Below are positions 52,144 through 63,789 of a DNA stretch of 64,000 bases, piece after piece; the stretch's first letter is position 1, and each line of letters opens with the position of its first letter. The notes beneath the pieces are model-generated. The model saw only the letters and a list, made by a program, of their open reading frames with translations. It did no database searches and was not told the DNA's origin. The translations under genes were made by a program, and so were the position numbers. The stretch is from Mytilus californianus (taxonomy: Eukaryota): the NCBI RefSeq assembly GCF_021869535.1, contig NW_026262668.1, positions 124,001 to 188,000 of the forward strand, given 5' to 3'.

Positions 52144-53971
52144 TGTTAGCGGCAATAAGTGAAATTAGGCATTAAGCTTAAATCCTAGGCAGTAAGACTA
52201 TTGCCTAAATAATGTTAGGCATTACTCTTAAATCTTGAAAATTATGTCCAGGCATTAATGTTAATGCCTAAAATGAATATGAGAGTAGATAATACGAAAT
52301 TTATTCAAAGTTAAAATACATTTTGTACATAAAAAAATAATAAGAACTGAAGTTTGAATTTCAATAAAATCATAAGTAAGATATTGATGTTAAAACTCAT
52401 TGAATAAACCTCTTAAAATATATGTAAACTTGTTGGATAGTTGTCCCATTGGCAATCGCACTACATCTCCTTATTTTTATATTGATATAAAAATTGTATT
52501 GAAATTTATTTGTTACCGATTGGTGCGGAGCTATGGCACAGACTTCACAGTTTCATATTTTTTCTATCATTTGTACCTGTTGATCGTCCAATACCTTTGT
52601 GTAGAGCAGAAATATTTTGAATATGGACGAATTTGATTCCAATTGGCCACTGTTAATTCGTTGCTCCTCATCAGTGCAGTAAGCATGTCATGAATATTTC
52701 GGTTTGACCACTCAATACTACAAGTAGTTGTGGTTGGAGATGTATTGGCCTCCCGTGAACAATAACTATAGTTCTGGCCACATTATCATTAATTCAGATA
52801 TAACCTTAGCTGTAAATTCACGACCTTTGTCACCTTGCTGTTTATGTGGCACACCAAATATTGTGAAAACAATGCATTTTTTTGCGTTAGAGCTCTAGAA
52901 ATATAATTTTTGTTAGGTGATCTTGGTACACCATAAGAAAATATAGTTTCCATCTCACTTTCATTGGAAATCGATTAAATCAACCTGTACTCTTCTGCAA
53001 AACTCTTTGGATAAAACGGGTTTTACTACTACTCCCCTCCCTATGCACATTTTATCATGTTACAATTTTCACAAAATGGAAGAAATAGTACAATGGAATC
53101 ATGGAAAATGTTTGCAAAGCCATTATTAAGTTGTTTAATTCTACGATCTAATATAATAATAGGCCGCTTTGACATATTTCTTTATGTGTTTTTCCAAAAG
53201 TACCATACACCTCTAGAAAAACATAAACTTTGAAATTTCCCTCATCATTCTCTTTTACTTTAGTTAACAGTCTTTCAAACCTCCAATGGAAAAAAATTGC
53301 CATACCATTTTAAATTGTAATAGTCTATAGTTGCCTTATTTTCTAATTTTGAAAGTTTAATCTTTGTCAAATGATCATTGTACTTTTGCCTTGGGTATAT
53401 GGTTTTTGTTTTCCCTGATTCAAATTTATATTCCGCAAAGATTCAAGATTTTTTTGTTTCTTAAATGCTAATAATCCAGATTAAGAAATGAAGAGACAAG
53501 ATGCATGGGTATTTAAGAAAATTTACATATCCAATAAAACAGATGGAAAGATGATGTGACTGTCAAAATTTCATATCTTCAATTGTCTATTTTTTACCAG
53601 CTCAAAACGGCTCGACCATTGAAGAGCAATACCACAAAGAAAAACGAGTAAGTTCTGTTTTGAATACGAAAAAATACTAAAAAATGAAGATCTTTTAAAT
53701 CAGTTTATATTAGTTTTTGGAATATAATTTTTAAAATATTATTCATCAAGAGTATTTCCCCGAATTAAAATGTATTTGGAAGAAAAACAAAAATCCCAAA
53801 ATTTACTTATTGCCTGAAATGATGTTTGGCAATAGGTTGAATAATTATCATCAGATTTCAGGAAATAAGCTTAATGACTGGAAATTTCAGGCAATAACTT
53901 AATGCCTAGGCGTTAGCTTATTGCCTATAAAATTTAAGCTTAATGCCTAATTTCACTTATTGTCGCTAACA
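52144..53971 (-). mobile_element. decayed Ginger2/TDD-type integrase DNA transposon with intact termini
   Basis: TGT…ACA ends and 40-bp TIR (39/40 identical) TGTTAGCGRCAATAAGTGAAATTAGGCATTAAGCTTAAAT, with TATA on both flanks. Minus-strand frameshifted peptides: GVVVKPVLSKEFCRRVQVDLIDFQ, MVYQDHLTK, FTIFGVP…GDKGREF…WPEL, SIEWSNR. Confidence 0.85.
52545..53440 (-). pseudogene. KRBA2/SCAND3-like rve integrase relic (multiple stops and frameshifts)
   Basis: CxxC (CENC), DLID, GDKG and SIE motifs in correct order across shifting frames. Confidence 0.82.
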
Positions 53972-54569
53972 TATATAAACATGTAAAGATCTTTCTTAAT
54001 ATATTTGTCAAAATATTTCAATGCTAATAACATGTTGAACATCATTTCTACCACTTCACGAGCAAGAAACTATTGTTTAATTCTAAAAGAAATCGGTATT
54101 AGATGTAAATCTAATATTAAAAGTAGTAATTTTGATAGCTTGGTATTTATTTTCTATGTTTTCAACCGAGGAAAAAGAAACATTATGGCTACTCTCACAA
54201 GCCTGGGCCAAAGAGTCAAACATTCTTTATTTCAATGAAAATAAAAGCATGTTTGACCTTAATGAAAATCACTAAAAATCGCCTCTAGCTGACACATAAC
54301 CCAGTGATCTTGTAGTATTTGAGTCGTAGTATAAATAATCGATTTCAAATTCCTTTCTCAAGGTCAGTAATTTTTCCGATAGAAAGAGATGTTAAGAGAA
54401 TGGTGATCCCTTTGTTCGTGATTAAATACGAGAGCACTTTGCTATATTCTAAGTGTATTCTTAATTTTTAAAAATATCACATTTGAAATAAACAGAAAAA
54501 AATGGATTGTTGTTTTTTTCCGTCACGTTTAGCTGTTCACGTGTAGGTTTGATGCAAGTTACATATTTT

Positions 54570-55644
54570 TAGAAACACCTAACTATTTAAAACAAATTTT
54601 GGTTTTGAAAAATATCTAACATTGATCAAGAATTTTGAACTTAGAAGAAGTTTTACTAAATTACGTGTATCTTCTCATAGATTACAAATAGAATTAGGTA
54701 GATATCAGGGTATTCCCCGAATTAACAGAATATGTAATAAATGTTCTTCCAATACTGTCGAAGATGAGGCTCATTTTCTATTTGATTGTAACAAATTTGA
54801 GGATGATAGAAATTGTATGTTAGCTAGTATTGCACAATATAATTCTTATTTTAATCATATGAACAGTCAAAGCAAAATTATCTGGTTATTTAGTGTAGAA
54901 AATGTTGAGTTACTTAAAATAATATGTAATTTTATATACAAACATCTTCCTTAGTGAAGATTAGTTAAAGGAAATCTATGTGTGTATATACATTTGATTG
55001 GACATAGAAAATTATATTCATCTGAATATCACAAACATACTAGCCGATTAAAAAAAAAATAATTGTTAAGATATATTATTTATTCAAATGTTCTCTTATA
55101 TCCTTGAGGCGTCGTCCCCTGGTATCAACTGCATTCAAGTTACCTATGATGCTTCCTTGTTTGCTTTTGATACAGGTAGGAAAGAGACATTTACACACAT
55201 TTTACATGCCTATGGCCCATAAGGTATCGCCCCCTGGTGTCAGCTGCCTTTAGGAAACCATAATGCTTTCCTATTTGCTGCTGACACAGGATGAGTCATG
55301 GACATGTTTAATTTCTACTTTCTTTTTGGCTAATTATTATATATTTAATTGATCCAACTTTTTGTGTACTATACATATGTGGATATCTATTTTTCTTTTT
55401 TTCTTTTTGGGCTGCTTGTTTGTTATCTATATCAACCACACTTGCAATAAAATGCATTAGTATTAAAAAAAACAACATACTATAGATTCTTTATCTACGT
55501 ATTCTTTAAGAACTTAAATAGTTCTCGTTTAACTTTTTTTTTTATCTCATTGTTTGTATTGTATTATGAAAAAATTATTGATGTTGTAATGTTTATGCCC
55601 TTTGGGGCCCATAATTGGAAATAAAATATCTTATCTTATCTTAT
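54570..55644 (+). mobile_element. 5'-truncated non-LTR retrotransposon (ORF2 C-terminus plus 3' UTR, possibly RTEX-like)
   Basis: LFKTNFGFEKYL…TKLRVSSHRLQIELGRY…RICNKC…EDEAHFLFDC Cys/His domain. 3' hairpin GCCC-TTTG-GGGC, AATAAA at 55620 and (ATCTT)3 tail. Clade assignment is from memory. Confidence 0.8.
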
Positions 55645-57563
55645 AGAGGAGACATGTTTAAAATAGACTGTATCGCAACCATTTAAAACTAACACTATGC
55701 TTTTGAGTGCATTTCTTTCTAACCTAAATTTTGTAAACGTTGTGTGGCGTTTGTTATCGTTTGCTAAACGCTACAAAAGCAGAAACAAATACATCGTTTA
55801 ATCAGTGTTTACTGACCCTGTTTTGAACTTCCAATAATGCATGCACATGTTGTTGGTAAACAGACTTATTACGCGGCTATAATTAAATGCGGTTCCTTCA
55901 ACCAACTTAGTAATAAATCTCAAGACTTTACACCGTACTAACAGTGTTTCGGGATTTTTTGCTTAGACTGTTAAAGCATTGGTCCCTTTTCAAATTTTCA
56001 CACCTTTATTTTAATCTTATTCCAGAAATAAATCATAATTAAGGTGTAACACGACTGGTTATATTGATTGAACAATCTTCGCTAGCCGGCTAACGACGAT
56101 GGTCAGTCTTCAACAATGCGCAATGTGCACTATATATCATCTACACATCAACACACCAAAAATCAGTCTGACGCTGAATGTATAAAGGGTCCTAGATAAG
56201 ACAGTACTGTTGTAAGTATTCTCAGAGACATGCTTTTGTATAATAATATGTCTCTTGTATTTTTAAGGTCGGGGACTCGTAATTGATGAATTATTAACTA
56301 CACGAAATCATACCTCATCTCCTTATTTTTACATGTATTATTTTAACTTAATTTAATTCATATAAATCCGGGTTTTTTGTTTTTTTGTTTATCGTGTTCA
56401 TATATTACAATGTGTGTTGTTTATTTTGTCACAAATCTTATATAAGTTGATTTATAAAGATTTTATATATATTAAGTCACATCAACATATAATTTCTTAT
56501 TTCAAAATTATGATTACTTTTATCAGATACATGAATATGCATATATACATATATAATATCTCTGCTTGTATATTTCCATCATAAAATCAAAAAACAACGG
56601 TTAAATTCCTCATTGGATTTGTTATTACAGCATGTACTCTATTTATTGTTAAAACTTTTCAAATTAGGTAAAATGCGTTTTATTATAAAAACTGTAATGG
56701 AAAATTACCTTAAAGAAACCAGAAATTCGATACTTTGCTAAATGTCAATACATTATTTCTCTTACCAAAATGTTAGGAATTGAGTACTAATTGAGGGTTT
56801 GAAGGGGATGAAATAAAACAAAGAGATATAATCAAAATCAAAGATTATGAAAAATTTCTTCGTAATATATTGAATAAAATAACTCCCTTACAGAACTTGT
56901 GCATTCGACAGACACAAAGTAGTTGTATTGATTTAATAAATACTGTTTTGTATCTTTTTGGGATTGGTAACAGAACAAAAAATGAAATGACGTCTGCAAT
57001 AATATCATAATGATTATACTAAATTGAATAAGGAAGTAACCGTCTTTTCAATGTCACTGTCCCGTTACCAGTGTATTTAATTTCAATTATCTAAAAATTA
57101 AATAACACAATGAAGACCAAACAAAAGCAGATATATATATATAGGTATATTTAGGTATGTTTAGAGAATTGTGTCATTTTACGTAGAAAGGTAAAGTCCG
57201 GGTTGATAACTTAATTTCAGTGGGTCTACCCGTGATGTAATATAGTCTTGGAACTGGATAAAAAAATCAGTCAAGTTTTTGTGTGCGTAGGACGGATTTT
57301 ACTGATTTATTTCCATAATACAAGTTAGTTACTTATCAATTTACATTTAATATTGAATTCAGATGAGATAACATAATTTAAACTTTTAAAGTTGAAATGA
57401 ATTGGTTATGAACGGTCTTTTCCCCTGTTAACTGACTTTCTGATTGGGCATTTTTATATACAATTTTTAACAAGAATCGATTTGCTTCGATAATAAAGTC
57501 TCATTTCATCTCTAATTTCATGAGAGTGCTTGTAGCAACCAAACACATCATTATCTCACGGAT

Positions 57564-58520
57564 AATAGAGGTCGGTCAATTTAAAACGTATCATGTAAAT
57601 CGTATCGATACGTATCTTGGGACATACTAAATATATATGTCGTACTATCCTTGAGTGAAATATCGTTGAATATGCGCTTAGTTACGAGGTTCGTGGCACA
57701 ATGTGTGTAACACATATAATTGGCCATAATTGTCAAAAGTTAATTACCGAGGTATATCGCGTCTGGAACATAATCGAATCGAGTGCACCTTATTTTGAGC
57801 CACACAGAATGTAGTAGAAGTTTGTCATTAAAACTTAAGATTTTCAAATGGTACGTTTCTAAATATAAGGTAATGCAAAATTAAGAAATGAAGTAAACTC
57901 AGCTCCTTAATGGTAACGGTAAAAATCATAAAACAGGCATGAAATAACAAAAATGGGGAGACAAGTGTGACAGGCCATCGCAAATAGTAGGCGTTGTAAG
58001 TGATTGATTTGGTCCCCAATTATATCAAGTCCATTATGTCAAAACAAAAAGTACTTCAAGTTAATGAATAAAGGTGTGAGAAAGTAAAATAGTATACATT
58101 TATTTCCCGTGTCGGAGGGAGATATGAAGATTTGTTCAATGACATGTGGGATAGTCTCAACCAATCACATATTGATTAAACTATCAATATGTTTAAACAG
58201 TGGAAAAAAACGATTTGTTGAACTTTGCTTTTGAAACGCAATCATCGGGCTAGGCATGCATAGGATGCCTTTATTTCTTCGTTGCATTTCGTAATTTGTA
58301 CGGTCTTCGTGCCATTTCCCCATATCTGCCAATCTAGTAAAACTGTATAATTGTTTAAGCTATAGGATTCCATGAAATGAAGAGGATAAAAAGTTTTGAT
58401 ACGCAATATAGACTTGGAACTCGGGATCAAATATTGTGTTTTCTTCAGTATATCTCCAGATACGTTAACGTCAACGTATCTGATACGAGTGGATACGTTT
58501 TAAATTGGCCGACCTCTATT
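57564..58520. mobile_element. non-autonomous TIR element, hAT-like
   Basis: About 28-bp TIR AATAGAGGTCGG(T/C)CAATTTAAAACGTATC at both ends, with clusters of subterminal CGTATC/GATACG motifs. No TSD recovered. Confidence 0.7.
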
Positions 58521-59217
58521 GTTGTATAAAGCATGCAGTGTTAACTGGATTGCATAGTCATCCCCCTTTCGTGTTAGTTTAGTGAAATTATTATCAAATC
58601 ATATCATTTTCCAGTGACTCGGACCAAGTTGACCCACCACTTCTTCAGGCCGAAAATTATATTTTTTAGTTACTTCACTTATTTATCGGCAAAAGTTTTC
58701 GATATACGCTTTTTTAACTACTGGGTCCGCCACTTGGCTTGCCGCAAGTTGTCGCTCGCTCGTGAATGGAATGGACACGACATATTTAAAACGCTTCCCC
58801 TTTGGACAGTCTTATTTTTTCTGCCTACCTATATAACTGAAAATGAAATTATAAAATGAGAATCTGTCTATTCAACTTCCATTAGTTCCATATATATCTA
58901 CAATGAATAGTCCATAACTTTTGAGGGATGAGTGTGAAATGTGGTTGAAAAAAATATAAATAAGAATTATATATAATCAGAGACCACATGTGTGTATATG
59001 TCTCTGATATAATTGTGCCAATGAAAATGTCCTAAAATCAGTACCCAATGTTTGTATTGTCAATAAAATTTAGACGTATTGTTTCTGAGATGCTAAGTAG
59101 CACGCCTCACCCAAATATTTGATAATAGCTACCCCTCCGTTTTGGGTTTACTGAAACTTTGCCCTAGGACCTACTGACACAAATAATGAAAATCGTCAAA
59201 TATTTCGACCCTTCTTA

Positions 59218-59225
59218 TATATAAA
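59218..59225 (+). promoter_or_regulatory. candidate TATA box of glutamine synthetase gene
   Basis: TATATAAA about 270 nt upstream of the strong donor AAG|GTAAGG at 59492/59493. Confidence 0.45.
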
Positions 59226-59249
59226 TCAGCTTATACAACAGAACCAGGT

Positions 59250-59492
59250 ATCATGGAAAAGAGGATAACACGCAGAATTACAAGTTCAAGGACACAAAAT
59301 CATTTCGATAATCATTGTGAATTCAGCTAAAGTAAAATTAACCAATGAAATCGTTGTAATCATGAGACAACTACGAGGGTCATTTAATGCTCACCGCGGA
59401 AAAATATTTAGTTGAAAGGAAGATTTTAGATAGACAAGCTGTGTAATTGTTTTGATGCGGATATTTTAAATTTCATATTATTTATTTTAAAG
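59250..59492 (+). other. GLUL: probable non-coding first exon of glutamine synthetase (5' boundary approximate)
   Basis: Strong donor at 59493 and acceptor tttcAG at 60244, 17 nt before the ATG. Confidence 0.55.
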
Positions 59493-59766
59493 GTAAGGAT
59501 TTTAATTTCTCCTTTATATATAGAATCAATTAGTATTTACTATTTTGACCACATTTAGAGTAGCCATTTAAAAATCAACACTATATTGTTGTAAAATTAT
59601 AGGAATTTTTGTGAAAAATAATGAAGATATGTACAACCAAGGTGTGCCGATTGTTTTTCTTACAACTTTTATATATTTTTGCTCATTTACTATTTTCCAC
59701 AGAAATAATTAGATAAAAATAAATGAAATCAGCTGATTTGCGCATGTTAGTCCAAAGAGTAGTCGG

Positions 59767-59836
59767 TGATGCAATCGTGACCGCAAAACAGCTGATCGGG
59801 GTCATTAAGTAGGAAACCCCCATGTAGTGATGCAAT
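59767..59836 (+). promoter_or_regulatory. two C/EBP-ATF composite (AARE/CARE) sites in GS intron 1
   Basis: TGATGCAAT at 59767-59775 and 59828-59836, each within GTGATGCAATC. E-box CAGCTG lies between them. Confidence 0.55.
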
Positions 59837-60261
59837 CACGATCGAAACCAACAAAGAAATCAGAAATTTGTTATTTTGAACAAATAAACTGTATTTTTTC
59901 TACATGTGTGTCAGAATAATTCAATCACATTAAATGGACATTCTTGATCAACAGACTTAATATCTTGTTTTTGTTAAGCACTGTTGCAAGTCCAGTATAA
60001 CATCACATATGAAAGTTTTTGGGTAATATCTATCGGTTCTCGAGACAATATTCAGTTTTTCAGATTTCTGGGAAAATCGTGGTACTGGTCAAGACCGTAA
60101 TTTTTTTGGCCTAACCTAGCCCAATTGTAAGAGTCTATACCTTTAAACAAAGCGGTCTCCAATACATGTACTTATATTTTTATAAAGAAGTAATGTTTTG
60201 AACTTTTTAACATGTGATGATCCGATCATTTATTTTTCTTTCAGGAAATTAAATCTCTAAA

Positions 60262-60418
60262 ATGACTCAAGTTCATGTGAGTAAAGAGATTTTGGGTCGG
60301 TATATGGATTTGGAGGAGAGGGGAAGAGTCATGTGCGAATATCTATGGATAGATGGCACTGGTGAAGGAATTAGAAGTAAATGTCGTACCATGGAATTTG
60401 AACCGAAGGAACCCAAAG
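60262..60418 (+). CDS. GLUL: glutamine synthetase type II, coding exon 1
   Basis: MCEYLWIDGTGEGIRSKCRT motif, in-frame TAA at 60250 upstream of ATG, donor GTaaaa. Confidence 0.96.
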
Positions 60419-61336
60419 GTAAAAATTATGACTGTCAATATTGGGCATAAAACTATTCCTGGTTTTAACCACCCGATCAATACCGTCTTATCTGGTAAAT
60501 ACTGGTTGATAAAGTTAAAATGATAATTACTGCAAGAAATCAATTGTTTGTAATGATGGTCAATTTACGGCCCAGCTCTGATCATATTATTTTGCTGGGA
60601 GCTTTGGTTTGGTAGAGCATTAAGTCCTGCTTCCTTTGGCAATACGATTAATAGTCAATAAACACTAAGTTGGGTGTTCATATATTCATTATTCACAAAA
60701 TACATGTAGATGCCATAGTATTGTAGTGTCTAGATGGTCTCTATCCAATAGTCCAAAAAATAAATAATCTGATATAAATAAAGATCCTGTGTCAATGCAT
60801 TGCTTACAAGGATCTTACAAAGTTCTGTTCTACATTTTTTGACCTCATCCTTGTAGAATTTCTATGGACCAGTAAATAACCAGTTTTTTTTATACCCGGA
60901 CCCTTTTAGAATTTCAGTGGACCAGTTTTAACCAGTTCTTTTCTTATGACCAAACCCTTTCAGAATTTCAAGTGAATCTGTATCAAGAGTATTAATTAGT
61001 TTTTTCATGTATTGCAAACTTTGCCAACTGGCAATACTGCCTTTTGAAAAATGTTTTATAGATTCATCTGAAAAACTTAAAGGTACTTGTAGTAGTGGCA
61101 GATTCAGAAGGGGATACATGTTGATGGACATACCACACATGTAATCTGTCACTGTTGAATTGCATCTTTTTTCCCTTAAAACGACTAAACGTGTTCAAAT
61201 ACATCCATAAGACACCATCCCTAAAGTCCTATATTTGAATGAATTATTACAACCCAATCATGTATGCTATAATTGTACAGAATTTATATATATATATATG
61301 CTTCCCAAACTATAAGAATATAATTGTTTTATTTAG

Positions 61337-61498
61337 AATGTCCCATGTGGAACTATGATGGTTCAAGTACTTACCAAGCTGAAGGCTCAAATTCAGACAT
61401 GTACCTAAACCCTGTGGCAATTTTCAAAGATCCTTTTAGAAGGGGACCACACAAATTAGTTTTGTGCGATGTACTCAAGTATAACAAAAAACCTGCAG
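61337..61498 (+). CDS. GLUL: glutamine synthetase coding exon 2
   Basis: [20 protein letters not shown]…DPFRRG. 162 nt, phase 1-1. Confidence 0.97.
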
Positions 61499-62146
61499 GT
61501 AAGAACTATTAGTTTTATGACAACACCTGAGAAATCTTTATAAAATTTTGAAATAGTCCCTATTAGTTTGTATTGGCAGGGATACAGTTTATTTGTCCTT
61601 TGTTTGAAACAGTTGTTTACTTTGTAAAAAAAAAAAAAACGAAAATAGTCTGTAATTGGAAAATGGACTGTTATGTGTTGTGTATCTTTGGTACAGTTTT
61701 AACTTCAGACATCTCAAAGTTGAGTTTATATCAAGAAAGTTGAGATATTAAGATTATTAGATTTTGTTTTAAATATAGTTGCATGTCTAAAAAATATTGC
61801 TCTATAATTCCTGACTATGTAATCTTGTTTTCATTTGTAAGTAGCTTTCAGGATTAAATGAACATTAAAATGAAGTGTGTTCTGACAGTTTCAATAGATT
61901 TGGCTAGTCCATTCATTTTCTTTTTTTCTTCAAAATCACACCTTAAAATGTGTTGAATTCAACTGGCATCATTGTTGGGATTATTTATAATCAAACAAAT
62001 ATGACAATTGTGAAATTTAAACTCACAAATGCACATTTTGTGAAACTTTTGTTACATTCCAAGAAAAGATTAAAAAAAGATCTTATTGTTCACTTAAAGG
62101 AATATAGCATGACACATATTAATATTTTCGTAAATGGAACAGTTAA

Positions 62147-62325
62147 GAGGGTGTGGATGGGGGTTTACAGAATAGAGAATAATGGGCAAAAAATATAAAG
62201 AATAGAGAATAATAAGGTGCTAAAATGTGAAGAATAAGGAATAACGGGCAAAAATTATACAGAATAGAGAAAAATGGCAAAAAAAATTAAAGAATACAGA
62301 AATGAAGGACCCCATCCAGACCCTC
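62147..62325. mobile_element. MITE with GAGGG termini, internal ~30-bp repeats and 6-bp TSD
   Basis: TIR 15/17 (GAGGGT(G/C)TGGATGGGG), AGTTAA on both flanks, AGAATAGAGAATAA repeats. Confidence 0.78.
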
Positions 62326-62374
62326 AGTTAAAGATATAAAATTACCTATATATGTAATTAATATGTGTTTTTAG

Positions 62375-62521
62375 AAAGTAACAAAAGAAATACCTGTGCT
62401 ATGGTTATGGAACAAGCCAAAGATACGCATCCATGGTTTGGTATTGAGCAAGAATATACATTATTAGATGTTGACGGACATCCATATGGCTGGCCTAAAA
62501 ATGGATTTCCTGGTCCACAAG
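62375..62521 (+). CDS. GLUL: glutamine synthetase coding exon 3
   Basis: [12 protein letters not shown]…[11 protein letters not shown]. 147 nt, phase 1-1. Confidence 0.97.
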
Positions 62522-62687
62522 GTACGACAAAATTATAATTACGATTATGTTTAGTGTAACTTAGTTTGCAATTTAGCAGCAACAAAAGAGTCTCGTTCAA
62601 GGCTTGTGTGCATTTGCACATGACTACAGTCATTTAAGTTCTGCACGAAATTGTTTAAGTACTGTTCAAAACAAGAACAATATGCAA

Positions 62688-62918
62688 GGCCACCCTTAAA
62701 AAGTTTTTTGTTTGATGTTGCTTAACTATGCCTTGAAGGGTTGGGTAGGTAGATACAGATTTTATTTTTTTAGCCAACAACATAAGTTACATATTTTAGA
62801 CAAGAAAACAATGTTAGAGCAGGAAAACATCTTAAAAAAAAACTTGAAATGATTTGTGTCAAAATTTTTCAGATGGGTGGGTAGGCAACATCAAACAATT
62901 TAAATTTTATTTTTGGCC
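62688..62918. mobile_element. PIF/Harbinger-like MITE
   Basis: GGCCA…TGTTTGATGTTGC / GCAACATCAAACA…TGGCC, flanks CAA and TTA. Confidence 0.6.
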
Positions 62919-63071
62919 TTAAATAATTTACCAATCTTCATTGTACTTGTGTCCACTGTAATATTATCTAACTCAGTAAACCACTCAGTAAACCTCTTTC
63001 CTTTATTAACATGCTTATGACCATATGAAATTAATATTTGAACTTTAATGTGCATTGTTTCATCTCTTTAG

Positions 63072-63399
63072 GTCCTTACTACTGTGGTGTTGGTGCCAAT
63101 AAAGTGTATGGTCGTGACGTTGTTGAGGCACATTACAGAGCCTGTCTTTATGCTGGCGTAAAGATAGCAGGATGTAATGCTGAAGTCATGCCGGCCCAGT
63201 GGGAGTTCCAGGTCGGACCATGTGAGGGCATTGATATGGGAGACCATTTGTGGGTAGCAAGATATTTGTTGCACCGTGTGGCTGAAGAATTTGGTGTTGT
63301 TGTCACTTTAGACCCAAAACCAATTGAAGGAGACTGGAATGGTGCTGGTGCTCATTGTAATTACAGTACTCAAGCAATGAGAGATCCTGATGGAATTAA
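63072..63399 (+). CDS. GLUL: glutamine synthetase coding exon 4
   Basis: GPYYCGVG…[18 protein letters not shown]…[20 protein letters not shown]. 328 nt, phase 1-2. Confidence 0.97.
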
Positions 63400-63789
63400 G
63401 TACGTGTCATTTATATGTGTCCACACTTATTTTATGATCAAAACTTGAAGTAATTTCATGCCATAAGAGAATTTTTGTGATCTCTTCCATAGTGATTTAA
63501 AGTTGGAAATTAAAAATTCATTTCAGGGAGTAAATATTAATGTGTCTCTGTAAGAGATTCTTATTTTGAATCTCCTTTTTAAACCGAATAAACAAACTTG
63601 ATTACCATTTCCTTTAAAATTTTAGTGTTAAAAAGATTAATATATGCATGTACATCAAATTGATTTGGAAGAACTATAATTAACAATATGAAAGATGCTA
63701 CATTTTATTTAGAAAATTGCCTCCAAAAGAAATTGATATAATGAAAATATTTAATCATTTCTAGAATTTTCATTATTTTTTACTTGTAG

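Noticed and set aside
52645-52685. Minus-strand CTGATGAGG…CGAAT hammerhead-like string
   Set aside because: GAAA is broken, and the sequence is explained as Ginger integrase coding relic (MLTALMRSNE).
55118-55290. H/ACA snoRNA, SECIS or HDV-ribozyme identity for the hairpin pair
   Set aside because: No ANANNA/ACA box at the proper spacing, no AUGA/GA quartet, and no P1-P3 pseudoknot on either strand.
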